Of a stretch of 64,000 nt of DNA, positions 37,886 through 47,005 are shown in pieces; the first letter of the stretch is position 1; each line of letters starts with the position of its first letter. Made by a program: the position numbers and the translations under genes. The stretch is from Candidatus Eiseniibacteriota bacterium. Its GTDB lineage: Bacteria; Eisenbacteria; RBG-16-71-46; CAZAMP01. The notes beneath the pieces are model-generated. The model saw only the letters and a program-made list of their open reading frames with translations. It ran no database searches and was not told the origin of the DNA. The stretch lies in contig OZ245046.1 of assembly GCA_965224245.1 (NCBI GenBank), positions 1,312,001-1,376,000 on the forward strand, read 5' to 3'.

Positions 37886-37913
37886 GCTTCGGTCGGTGAA
37901 CTACTGTCTTCAG
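37886..37913 (-). promoter_or_regulatory. sigma28-like promoter for the candidate sRNA
   Basis: Minus strand cTGAA-N15-ACCGAAGC. Confidence 0.35.
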
Positions 37914-38013
37914 CCGAAATTCACGCACGCTGTCCTCAGGAGGGCGTGTGTCACCACGTCACCACCGACCAACAGCGCGCCGCGAGGGGCCTCCGCCGCG
38001 CAAGGGGGATGTC

Positions 38014-38232
38014 ATGGGAACCGACGTCGACACGACGCTCGAGATCGGGGCGGCCGCCGGCGAGGTGTACCGCTACCTGCACGAGAACGGCGAGGTGTCC
38101 GTCTCGAAGCTGCGAAAGGACCTGTCGCTCTCGACCGGTCGGGTCGATCAGGCGATCGGCTGGCTGGCGCGCGAGGAGAAGGTCGACTTTCTCAAGGACC
38201 GCCGGACGACGCTCATTCGCCTGAAGTCCTAG
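38014..38232 (+). CDS. Small winged-helix protein (DUF2582-like)
   Basis: IGAAAGEVYRYL...AIGWLAREEKV pattern. Confidence 0.8.
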   Translation: MGTDVDTTLEIGAAAGEVYRYLHENGEVSVSKLRKDLSLSTGRVDQAIGWLAREEKVDFLKDRRTTLIRLKS

Positions 38233-38233
38233 C

Positions 38234-39232
38234 GTGGGGACGTCGCGTCCCCTCGCCGAGCTGGGTCGGACCTCTCCGCGTCTGAAGCCGTTTCGCGAGC
38301 TCAAGCGCGCGGCCGCGCGGAGACGGACCGGATCGTTCGTGCTCGAGGGACCGCACCTCGTCGAGCGCATGCTCGCGGCCCTGGTTGCGGACTCCCCACC
38401 GCCGTACGAGCTCCGGGACGTTCTCGTGGATGCCCGGTACGCTCCCCGCTTCACGGCGGGCGGGCTGGCCACGTGTCGCCGGCTCGGGATCGAGCCCGCG
38501 CTGGTCTCGGAGCGGACGATGAGCGCGCTCGCGGACACGCGATCCCCTCAGGGGGTCCTGGCGGTGGTCGGTGCTCCGCCCGACGCACGGGACCTGAGCG
38601 CGCGCGCGCTCCGCGCCGCCGACCGCCGGACGCTGCGCATCGTTCTCGCACTGGGCGTCTCGGACCCCGGCAATCTGGGAGCCCTGGCCAGGACCGCGGT
38701 CGCGATGGGAGCCCATCTGTTCCTGTCGCACGGCGGAGTCGATCCGTTCTGTCCGAAGGCGCTGCGCGCGACCGCGGGGGACTTCGTCGCGATTCCGTAC
38801 GGTGAGGTCACCGCTCCGGAGCGGCTGGCCCAGCGACTGTCGGAAGCGGGGGTCATGACGATTGCGACGACGGCCCGCGGAGGCAAGCCGCCGCACCTGG
38901 TGGATCCGCCGGGGCGCGCGCTGGTCCTGGTGGGAGCCGAAGCCCACGGCCTCGCCGACAACTGGGTCCGGCACGCGGATCTCCACGTCACGATTCCGCT
39001 CCACCGCGGGGTCGAGTCCCTGAACGCCGCGGTGGCGGGGTCGATCGTGCTGTATGCGCTCTCGACGTCGCGTCCGACGGCGGCGCGGGGCGGCCCGGGC
39101 GGCTCCACCCGAGGACGGGCGAGCGGCCGAGGCGACGGCCGGACCTCCGATCGCGGCCGCGGCACGTCCTCCGATGGCGGGCGCGGCAAGCGTGCCCGCG
39201 GCGGGGTCGACCGCCCCAGGCGGCTGCGGTAG
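38234..39232 (+). CDS. TrmH/SpoU family RNA methyltransferase
   Basis: DPGNLGALART, VGAEAHGL, VESLNAAVAG. Confidence 0.9.
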   Translation: MGTSRPLAELGRTSPRLKPFRELKRAAARRRTGSFVLEGPHLVERMLAALVADSPPPYELRDVLVDARYAPRFTAGGLATCRRLGIEPALVSERTMSALADTRSPQGVLAVVGAPPDARDLSARALRAADRRTLRIVLALGVSDPGNLGALARTAVAMGAHLFLSHGGVDPFCPKALRATAGDFVAIPYGEVTAPERLAQRLSEAGVMTIATTARGGKPPHLVDPPGRALVLVGAEAHGLADNWVRHADLHVTIPLHRGVESLNAAVAGSIVLYALSTSRPTAARGGPGGSTRGRASGRGDGRTSDRGRGTSSDGGRGKRARGGVDRPRRLR

Positions 39233-39269
39233 AGTCGGTCTCGATACCCTCGTCAGAGGAGAAACACCC

Positions 39270-41696
39270 GTGAAGGACCCCGCCACCGATCACCACGTCC
39301 CGATCGCCCGGCTTCGCTGGCAGTCGGATCCCGCCGATCTGGACTTCGAGTCGAGCGCGGACCTCGAGCCCACCGACGACATCATCGGACAGGATCGCGC
39401 GATGAAGGCGATCCGGCTCGGGCTGGATCTCCGGAGCTTCGGCTACAACATCTTCATCACCGGTCTCGTGGGCACCGGGCGCATGACCGTGATCCAGCGG
39501 TTCCTGTCCGAGCTCGGGGCGGACGGCGACGTGCACACGGGCGGGGAACTCCGGGACCTGTGCTACGTGCACAACTTCACGAACCCCGACGCCCCGCGCC
39601 TGATCTCGCTGCCGCCGGGACAGGGGGGCGCGTTCGACCGCGCTCTGCAGCGGCTGGTTCACACCCTACGTCACCACGTGCCTCAGATCTTCGAGAGCGA
39701 GGCCTACGGTCGCCAGCGCAAGACGCTCATCCAGGGCTATCGCACCCAGCAGTCGCAGATCATCGATGCGTTTCAGTCCCGGGTTCAGCACGAGGGCTTC
39801 GCGGTGATCCAGGTCCAGATGGGGCCGATCACCCGACCGCACGTGCTCCCGGCGATCGAGGGCGAGGCGGTTCCGATGGAGCAGCTCGACTCGCTCGTGC
39901 AGGAGGGCAAGCTCGAGAGCACCGACGCGGAGCGGATGCGCCAGCAGTATGCCGTGCTCGTCGAGGAGCTGGGCACGGTCTCGCGCCAGATGCAGGTGAT
40001 CGAGCGCAAGGTGCAGGAGGAGGTCGAGGGCCTCAACCGGGGAATCGTCCGCGAGGCGCTCCACGACGTTCTCGAGGAGATCCGGTCCACGTTCCCGACC
40101 GACGCGGTGAAGGTGTTCCTGGACGAGGTCGAGCACGACGTGCTCGAGAACGTCCGCCCCGGCCTGGAGACCGACGACGAGGACGAGAGCGAGGACCCGA
40201 CGCACTTCTACGGGGTCAACGTCGTCGTCGCCAACACGAGGACGAAGACGGTCCCGGTGGTCAGCGTCACCCACCCGACGCATGCGGACCTCTTCGGCGC
40301 CATCGAGGCACCGAGCGATCGGGATCGCGTCACGCGCGCCGACTTCTCCCACGTGCGAGCCGGAGCGCTGATGCGGGCCGACGGGGGGTTTCTGGTTCTG
40401 AACGGGCGCGACGTCCTCCAGGATCCGAGCGTGTGGGCCGCGCTCAAGCGCAGCCTGCGCACCGGGCTGGTGGAGGTCCGCGTGGTCGAGACCGGGGGCT
40501 ATCCGTGGGGTACCGCCCTCAAGCCCGAGCCGGTGGCGATCCGGACCAAGGTCGTCATCATCGGTGACGCACAGATGTACTCGCTCCTCTACGCGCTCGA
40601 CGAGGACTTCCGCAAGATCTTCAAGATCAAGGCGGAGTTCGACGCCGAGATGCCGCGCACGCCGGGCGCGACCCAGCAGTACGCGCGTTTCGTGGCCAAG
40701 ATCTGCCGATCCGAGAGTCTCCCGCCGTTCGATCGCGGGGCGGTGGGGCAGATCCTCGAGTACGGCGTGCGGCGGGCCGGCCACCAGGACAAGCTCAGCA
40801 CGCACTTCACGTTCGTCAAGGACGTGATCGTCGAGGCGGCCTACTGGGCGCGCGAGTCGGGCTCGGACGTGGTCCGGGGCGAGCACGTGGACCGCGCGAT
40901 CGACGAGAGCATTGCCCGCGTCAACCTGGTCGAGCGCAAGCTGAAGGCCGCGATCGAGCGGGGGGAGATCCTGATCGAGACCTCCGGTGATCGGGTCGGT
41001 CAGGTGAACGGCCTGGCCGTGTACGGGCTCGGCGACCACTCCTTCGGCGTGCCGACGAAGATCACCACGAGCGTGGGGGCCGGCCGCACGGGGATCGTGA
41101 ACATCGAGCGCGAGGCGGACATGAGCGGGGCCACACACGACAAGGGCGTCCTGATCCTGCAGGGCTTCTTTCGCGAGCGCTTCGCGCGCGAGAAGCCGCT
41201 CGCGCTGTCGGCCAGCCTGTGCTTCGAGCAGTCCTACAGCGGCGTCGATGGGGACAGCGCCTCGTCCACGGAGGTGTACGCGCTGATGTCGGCGCTGTCC
41301 GGGCTCCCCATCCGGCAGGGCATCGCGGTCACCGGCTCGGTCAATCAGAAGGGCGAGATCCAGCCGATCGGGGGCGTCAACGAGAAGATCGAGGGGTTCT
41401 TCGACGTCTGCCGCGCGCGCGGGCTCTCCGGCGATCAAGGCGTGCTGATCCCCGAGCAGAACGTGCCGCATCTGATGCTGCGCGAGCCGGTCGTGGAGGC
41501 CGTGCGCGACCGAACGTTCGCCGTCTACGCGGTCCGAACGGTGGACGAGGGCATCCAGATCCTGACCGGCGTGGCCGCGGGAGAGGCCGATGCGAACGGC
41601 CGTTATCCGGCCGCGTCGGTGAACGGACGGATCGCGCACCGGCTGGACGAGCTGGCCGACCGCGCGCAGGCGTTCGGAGCCGGTGAGACGCTGTGA
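39270..41696 (+). CDS. Lon-family (LonC/YcbZ-like) protease
   Basis: IIGQDRA, GQVNGL, EQSYSGVDGDSAS, IGGVNEKIEGF; non-canonical Walker A GTGRMT. Confidence 0.88.
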   Translation: MKDPATDHHVPIARLRWQSDPADLDFESSADLEPTDDIIGQDRAMKAIRLGLDLRSFGYNIFITGLVGTGRMTVIQRFLSELGADGDVHTGGELRDLCYVHNFTNPDAPRLISLPPGQGGAFDRALQRLVHTLRHHVPQIFESEAYGRQRKTLIQGYRTQQSQIIDAFQSRVQHEGFAVIQVQMGPITRPHVLPAIEGEAVPMEQLDSLVQEGKLESTDAERMRQQYAVLVEELGTVSRQMQVIERKVQEEVEGLNRGIVREALHDVLEEIRSTFPTDAVKVFLDEVEHDVLENVRPGLETDDEDESEDPTHFYGVNVVVANTRTKTVPVVSVTHPTHADLFGAIEAPSDRDRVTRADFSHVRAGALMRADGGFLVLNGRDVLQDPSVWAALKRSLRTGLVEVRVVETGGYPWGTALKPEPVAIRTKVVIIGDAQMYSLLYALDEDFRKIFKIKAEFDAEMPRTPGATQQYARFVAKICRSESLPPFDRGAVGQILEYGVRRAGHQDKLSTHFTFVKDVIVEAAYWARESGSDVVRGEHVDRAIDESIARVNLVERKLKAAIERGEILIETSGDRVGQVNGLAVYGLGDHSFGVPTKITTSVGAGRTGIVNIEREADMSGATHDKGVLILQGFFRERFAREKPLALSASLCFEQSYSGVDGDSASSTEVYALMSALSGLPIRQGIAVTGSVNQKGEIQPIGGVNEKIEGFFDVCRARGLSGDQGVLIPEQNVPHLMLREPVVEAVRDRTFAVYAVRTVDEGIQILTGVAAGEADANGRYPAASVNGRIAHRLDELADRAQAFGAGETL

Positions 41697-41718
41697 TCGA
41701 ACGCCGGGGCGGTCGCGC

Positions 41719-41976
41719 TCACGCGGGCTCGATGACCTCCACCTGGACGCGCTTCTTGTGCTTGGCGCCGATCGCGGACATGATCGTGCGAAGCGCCTGG
41801 ATGTTGCGGCCGCTCTTGCCGACGACCTTCCCCATCTCGCTCTGCGGGCACCGAATCTCGAATATCACCAGGCTGTGACCTTCCGTCGTCGAGATGGTCG
41901 CGGCTGACGCGTCATCCACCAGTGAGGTGACGAGCATCGTGATGGTGCGCTGCAGGCTGTCGACAGTCTCGTCCAT
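41719..41976 (-). CDS. khpA: KH-domain RNA-binding protein KhpA
   Basis: MGKVVGKSGRNIQALRTI, 85 aa. Confidence 0.85.
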   Translation of the reverse strand: MDETVDSLQRTITMLVTSLVDDASAATISTTEGHSLVIFEIRCPQSEMGKVVGKSGRNIQALRTIMSAIGAKHKKRVQVEVIEPA

Positions 41977-42152
41977 TGCGCTTCTCCGACGTGAAACTCG
42001 GGGAGGACGAACGCATCTGACGGCGCCCGCCTGGTGGGACCGACCCTGTATAGCCGAACGGCGAGACCGGCCGCAAGTGGGGGAACCCGCGATGGCCTCT
42101 CGCGACCGGCGAGAGAGGGGCCTCTCGAGCCCGGAGGAAGCGGACGCGCCAA

Positions 42153-42240
42153 TGGTGCCGGAGGCGGGAATCGAACCCGCACGGGCAAGAAGCCCACGGG
42201 ATTTTGAGTCCCGCGCGTCTACCAATTCCACCACTCCGGC
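42153..42240 (-). tRNA. tRNA-Leu(CAA)
   Basis: GCCGGAGTGGTGGAATTGGTAGACG..CGGGA-CTCAAAA-TCCCG, long variable arm, GGTTCGATTCC, CCA end. Confidence 0.97.
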
Positions 42241-42256
42241 GGCGAGGCACGTCGGG

Positions 42257-42335
42257 AGCATAGAAATCGGGTCCCGAGGGTGTCAAGCCACGCACCCGAA
42301 CCGGGTTGACAGCCCCGAGATGCATTCCCGATAAT
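42257..42335. promoter_or_regulatory. Divergent sigma70 promoters for the two tRNAs
   Basis: Minus TTGACA-N18-TATGCT (42286-42257); plus TTGACA-N18-GATAAT (42306-42335). Confidence 0.75.
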
Positions 42336-42350
42336 CCCGCGCCTCGGAGT

Positions 42351-42426
42351 GGGGCCGTAGCTCAGTTGGGAGAGCGCATGACTGGCAGTCATGAGGTCGT
42401 CGGTTCGATCCCGATCGGCTCCACCA
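42351..42426 (+). tRNA. tRNA-Ala(GGC)
   Basis: GGGGCCGTAGCTCAGTTGGGAGAGC..CATGA-CTGGCAG-TCATG..GGTTCGATCCC..CCA. Confidence 0.97.
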
Positions 42427-42609
42427 TTTCACTCATCCCCACCGCCTGAACACGATCGTCGACTCTCGCACGAGACCCGGCTCGTGTGGATCCCGACCGC
42501 CGCCGCGATCCCGACGTCCCGCGTCGGCTCCCTTGACCGATTCCACGCTCGTTGCTAGGTTGCGGCGCAACGATCGAGCATCACCACGCCCGGGGCGCGA
42601 GGACGAACG

Positions 42610-43392
42610 ATGACGGCTCTTGGACACGTGACCGACGCCGACGCAGAGGAATCCCCGTATCGCGGTGTCCAGGTCCATCTGGAGGCGTTCGCCGGGCCGC
42701 TCGATCTCCTGCTGCATCTGATCCAGCGGGACGAGATCGACGTCTACGACATTCCGATCGCCCACATCACCACGCAGTATCTCGAGCACCTCGAGCTGAT
42801 GTCCGAGCTGGATCTCGAGGTCGCCGGAGAGTACCTCGTGATGGCGGCGACCCTGATCCGCATCAAGTCGCAGATGCTCCTGCCCACGCCGGCGATCGAC
42901 GAGGACGGCGAGGAGATCGATCCTCGCGAAGAGCTCGTCCGTCGCCTGATCGAGTACCGCAAGTTCAAGACCGTCGCCGAGCAGCTGCGAGAGCACGAGC
43001 TCTCGCGCCAGAGGCGCCACGCCCGGCAGATCGAGCCACCCGAGCTGGCGCCCGACGAGCTGCCCATCGGGCGCGTCACGGCCTTCGATCTGGTCACGCA
43101 CCTCAAGGCCGTGCTCGCGCGTCTGGACGACGTGACGACCCACGAGGTCGAGCTGGAGCCGGTCCACCTGGAAGATCGCATCGAGCTCCTGCGAGCGCGG
43201 CTGGCGGGGCAGCGCGAGCTGACCTTCACCGAGTATCTCAGGGACGTGCGCTCCCGCATGGGAGTCGTCGTCAGCTTCATGGCCGTGCTCGAGCTGATGA
43301 AGGCGGGTGAGATCTCCGCCGTTCAGGAGCACGCGTTCGGTGAGATCCTCATCCTGAGGAGGGATGGCCTTGGATCCGACGCAACTGCGTGA
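42610..43392 (+). CDS. scpA: Segregation and condensation protein A
   Basis: FAGPLDLLLHLI, YLVMAATLIRIKS, DPREELVRRL. Confidence 0.95.
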   Translation: MTALGHVTDADAEESPYRGVQVHLEAFAGPLDLLLHLIQRDEIDVYDIPIAHITTQYLEHLELMSELDLEVAGEYLVMAATLIRIKSQMLLPTPAIDEDGEEIDPREELVRRLIEYRKFKTVAEQLREHELSRQRRHARQIEPPELAPDELPIGRVTAFDLVTHLKAVLARLDDVTTHEVELEPVHLEDRIELLRARLAGQRELTFTEYLRDVRSRMGVVVSFMAVLELMKAGEISAVQEHAFGEILILRRDGLGSDATA

Positions 43393-44164
43393 CGTGGTGG
43401 AAGCGCTCCTCTTCTCCAGCGACACGCCCCTGAAGGGACGCACGCTGGCCGAGGTCATCGGTAACGACGTGTCGGCCAACGACGTCCGCAAGGCGGTCAA
43501 GGAGCTCGGCGACCGCTACGTCGAGGGCGGCTCCGCGGTCACGATCGCCGAGATCGCCGGCGGGTATCAGCTCCTCACGCGGTCCGAGTTCGACTCGTAC
43601 GTGCGCAAGCTGTTCAAATCGCGACAGAAGGCGCGGCTCTCGAGGGCGGCGCTGGAGACGCTCGCCATCATCGCGTACCGGCAGCCGCTCACCCGTCCTC
43701 AGATCGAAGAGGTGCGGGGCGTGGACGCCGGTGGGGTGCTGCACACGCTCGCCGAGCGGGGTCTGATCAAGATCGCCGGACGCGCCGAGGGGCCCGGACG
43801 GCCGCTCCTGTATGGCACCACGCCGAGCTTCATGGAGCACTTCGGGCTGAAGTCGCTCGGGCAGCTTCCGCGGATCGACGACGTCGCCGACGAGCTGGAC
43901 CGCCGACTCATCGCCGAGGATCTGGCCAAGGAGCTGGGCGGGGACTCGAGCGAGTTCGACGACGCCATCTCGGCCGAGCTGGATCCGCCGGCCGACGTGG
44001 ACGATGCCCAGACGGAAGGCGTCGAGGCGGATGGCGTCGGGGCGGAGGCCGAGGTGGACGACGTCCAGGACGACGTGCGTGACACGACGGTCCCTTCGGA
44101 CGAGCGCCAGGACGTAGCCCAGTCAGAGGCCGCCGAGCCGACCGACCAGCCCCTCTCCGCGTAG
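43364..44164 (+). CDS. scpB: Segregation and condensation protein B
   Basis: LSRAALETLAIIAYRQP, GRPLLYGTT. Confidence 0.95.
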   Translation: MALDPTQLRDVVEALLFSSDTPLKGRTLAEVIGNDVSANDVRKAVKELGDRYVEGGSAVTIAEIAGGYQLLTRSEFDSYVRKLFKSRQKARLSRAALETLAIIAYRQPLTRPQIEEVRGVDAGGVLHTLAERGLIKIAGRAEGPGRPLLYGTTPSFMEHFGLKSLGQLPRIDDVADELDRRLIAEDLAKELGGDSSEFDDAISAELDPPADVDDAQTEGVEADGVGAEAEVDDVQDDVRDTTVPSDERQDVAQSEAAEPTDQPLSA

Positions 44165-44293
44165 TGGTTGCGAGTCGCCGGATCGCTCCTGTAGGATCTT
44201 CCGTCTGTCATTTCTGGCCGTGCGTTCGGCGGGCGCCCGCGCGCCGCGGATGCTCGGCCACGTGAGTCCCGGCGAACCGAAGGTCCTCAGATC

Positions 44294-45556
44294 ATGGCCG
44301 TCCGGCTCCAGGGCGAGTTCTCCCCTCCGGGGGACAAGTCCATCTCGCACCGCGCGCTCCTGTTCTCGGCCCTCGCGGCCGGCCGGAGCGAGATCGCCGG
44401 GCTGAATCCCGGACGCGACGTCGAGGCCACGCGTGCGCTCCTCGGCGCGCTGGGGACGACGATCGCCGACGAGGGGGGACGGGTGGTGCTCGAGGGCGCC
44501 GGCGGGCGCTTCCGATCCCCGTCCGGTCCGCTGGACTGCGGGAACTCCGGCACCACGATGAGGCTGGCCACCGGGCTTCTCGCCGCGCGGGACGTCACCG
44601 CGACCCTGATCGGCGACGCGTCACTCTCGGGCCGCCCGATGGAGCGCGTGGCCGAGCCGCTCCGCCAGATGGGCGCCCGCGTGGTCACCACCGACGGCCA
44701 CGCGCCGATCCGGATCGAGCCGGCCGGCATGCTGACCCCGATCACGTTCCGGAGTCCGGTGGCGAGCGCGCAGATCAAGTCGGCCGTCCTCCTCGCGGCG
44801 CTGGACGTGGCCGGCACCACCGTCGTCCGAGAGCCCGGGCGCTCCCGCGATCACACCGAACGGATGCTCGGGGCGATGGGGGCCGCGATCACCGTGGACG
44901 CCGACGCGATCCGTCTGACCGGCGGCGCGGCCCTGGATCCGATCCGGATGACGGTGCCCGGCGATGCGTCGTCGGCCGCGTTCTTTCTCTCGGCGGCGGC
45001 GGCGCTGCCGGGATCCCGCGTCACGGCGATCGGGGTCGGCCTCAACCCGACCCGGACGGGGTTTCTCGGGGTGCTGGAGCGCATGGGGGCCCCGGTCGGC
45101 ATCGCGGGTCTCCGCGTGGAGGGCGGCGAGCCGGCCGGCGACGTGACCGTGGAAGGGGCCCGCCTCCACGGCACGACCGTGGAGGCCGACGAGGTCCCCT
45201 CGTTGATCGACGAGATTCCGATCCTGGCCGTGATCGCGGCCGTCGCCGACGGTCCCACCGAGATCCGGGGTGCCGCCGAGCTGCGGGTCAAGGAGTCCGA
45301 TCGGCTGAAGGCGGTCGCGATGGGCCTGAGCGCACTCGGGGCCGGGGTCGAGGAGCGTCCGGACGGACTGTCGATCTCGGGCGGGGGCTACCGGCGCGGC
45401 GGATCGGTCGCCAGCGAGTCCGACCATCGGATCGCGATGAGCTTCGCCGTCGCCGACCTGCTGTGTCCCGAGCGTGTCCACGTCGACGACGCCGGGGTGA
45501 GCGACGTCTCGGATCCCGCGTTCGCCGGCGTCCTGGCCGGGCTGGTGGTCAGATGA
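44294..45556 (+). CDS. aroA: 3-phosphoshikimate 1-carboxyvinyltransferase
   Basis: PGDKSISHR, GNSGTT, SAQIKSA, RVKESDR, DHRIAMS. Confidence 0.97.
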   Translation: MAVRLQGEFSPPGDKSISHRALLFSALAAGRSEIAGLNPGRDVEATRALLGALGTTIADEGGRVVLEGAGGRFRSPSGPLDCGNSGTTMRLATGLLAARDVTATLIGDASLSGRPMERVAEPLRQMGARVVTTDGHAPIRIEPAGMLTPITFRSPVASAQIKSAVLLAALDVAGTTVVREPGRSRDHTERMLGAMGAAITVDADAIRLTGGAALDPIRMTVPGDASSAAFFLSAAAALPGSRVTAIGVGLNPTRTGFLGVLERMGAPVGIAGLRVEGGEPAGDVTVEGARLHGTTVEADEVPSLIDEIPILAVIAAVADGPTEIRGAAELRVKESDRLKAVAMGLSALGAGVEERPDGLSISGGGYRRGGSVASESDHRIAMSFAVADLLCPERVHVDDAGVSDVSDPAFAGVLAGLVVR

Positions 45557-46215
45557 GCCGCCGCGTGCGGATCGCCATCGACGGTCCGTCGGCGAGCGGC
45601 AAGACGACGACGGCCCGCGCGGTGGCCCGGCGGCTCGGATACCGCTATCTCGACTCCGGTGCGCTCTATCGGTGTCTGGGGCTCAAGATCTCGCAGCTGG
45701 GCGTCGATCCCGACGACGCCGGGGCGGTCGCGGCCGTCGTCTCCTCGACCACGGTCGAGTACGACGACGAGGGTCGCGCCTGGCTGGACGGTCAGCTACA
45801 ATCCGGCGCGCTTCGAACGCCCGAGGTGGCCGACCTGGCATCCCGCGCGAGCGTGCATCCGGCCGCGCGCGACTGGATCACCGCCCGTCTCCGGGACGCA
45901 GCGGCCGGTGGGGGCGTGGTCGTGGAGGGGCGCGACATCGGTACCGTCGTCTTGCCGGACGCCGAGGTGAAGGTGTTTCTGAGCGCCGATCTGCAAGTTC
46001 GTGCAGAGAGGCGATTTACGGATCTGCAAGAGTCTGGTCACGGGGGCGCCCTGGCCGACGTGGCCGAGGACCTGAGGCGTCGTGACGAGCGGGACAGCGC
46101 GCGCGCGGCGGCTCCTCTCGTGCCGGCCGAGGGGGCCGTGCTCCTGGATGGGTCGCACCTGTCGTTCGAGGAGCAGGTCGAGGCGGTGCTGGCGCTGGTT
46201 CGTGACGTCGCGTGA
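45553..46215 (+). CDS. cmk: Cytidylate kinase
   Basis: IAIDGPSASGKTT, DSGALYR, EGRDIGTVV. Confidence 0.95.
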   Translation: MSRRVRIAIDGPSASGKTTTARAVARRLGYRYLDSGALYRCLGLKISQLGVDPDDAGAVAAVVSSTTVEYDDEGRAWLDGQLQSGALRTPEVADLASRASVHPAARDWITARLRDAAAGGGVVVEGRDIGTVVLPDAEVKVFLSADLQVRAERRFTDLQESGHGGALADVAEDLRRRDERDSARAAAPLVPAEGAVLLDGSHLSFEEQVEAVLALVRDVA

Positions 46216-46865
46216 ACGCGGTCTATCGGAGCGGATGGCTCCTGGGACGGCTCGTATTCCGGGTGCTTCTCGGGGTACGATACGTCGGCTCGGAAAAGGT
46301 ACCGCGGTGCGGAAGCGTCGTGGTGGCGCCCAATCACCGGAGCTACCTCGATCCACCGCTCGCGGGCTGCGGGATCGAGCGGGAGCTCCACTTCTTCGCG
46401 AAGTCGGAGCTGTTCGCGGTACCGCTACTGGGGTCGCTCATTCGCGCGTTCAACGCGATTCCCGTCCGGCGGGGACGGGCCGATCGCAAGAGCCTCGCGC
46501 TCGCCGTGGAGTGCGTCACCGCCGGCGGGGGATTGATGCTGTTCCCCGAGGGAACGCGCTCGAAAGGCGAGGGCTTCCTGGCCCCGAAGGTCGGGGTGGC
46601 CATGATCGCGCTGCGGGGCGCGGCGCCCATCGTGCCGGTGTACCTGACCACCGGGGGGGCCGGACGGCTCTGGCGATCGATGCTGAGGATGGATCCCATT
46701 CGCGTCGTGTACGGCGATCCCGTCACGGCGGACGAGCTCGTGCCGGACACCGGCGCCGCCGAGCGATCGGCTCGCTACACGGCGATCGCCGAGGCGATCA
46801 TGGCACGAATCGAGGCGCTCGGCGCCGGCGGTGGCGAAGCCGGCGGCGGCGAGCGTGAGGTGTGA
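46212..46865 (+). CDS. plsC: 1-acyl-sn-glycerol-3-phosphate acyltransferase
   Basis: NHRSYLD, FPEGTRS. Confidence 0.9.
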   Translation: MNAVYRSGWLLGRLVFRVLLGVRYVGSEKVPRCGSVVVAPNHRSYLDPPLAGCGIERELHFFAKSELFAVPLLGSLIRAFNAIPVRRGRADRKSLALAVECVTAGGGLMLFPEGTRSKGEGFLAPKVGVAMIALRGAAPIVPVYLTTGGAGRLWRSMLRMDPIRVVYGDPVTADELVPDTGAAERSARYTAIAEAIMARIEALGAGGGEAGGGEREV

Positions 46866-47005
46866 GTGAACCAGGCAGGGCCCGCGGGGCGCCGACCGGC
46901 GTGCTCGAGGGCACACGCGCGCGCGAGCGCGCGGCGGCGAGCAGCGTGGGGCTGCTTCCGAACCAATCCCGTTCTCCTGTCGGACGGGTGGATGACGAAC
47001 GGAAC

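Noticed and set aside
37308-37928. N-terminal extension of dinB to 609 aa
   Set aside because: The DinB motif begins right after ATG 37307; the extension is low-complexity and overlaps the structured RNA candidate.
37308-37950. LexA/SOS box upstream of dinB
   Set aside because: No match to known GAAC-N4-GTTC or CTGT-N8-ACAG boxes was seen.
42153-42609. tRNAs as prophage or island attachment sites
   Set aside because: No integrase or duplicated tRNA 3' end was seen; flanks are housekeeping genes.
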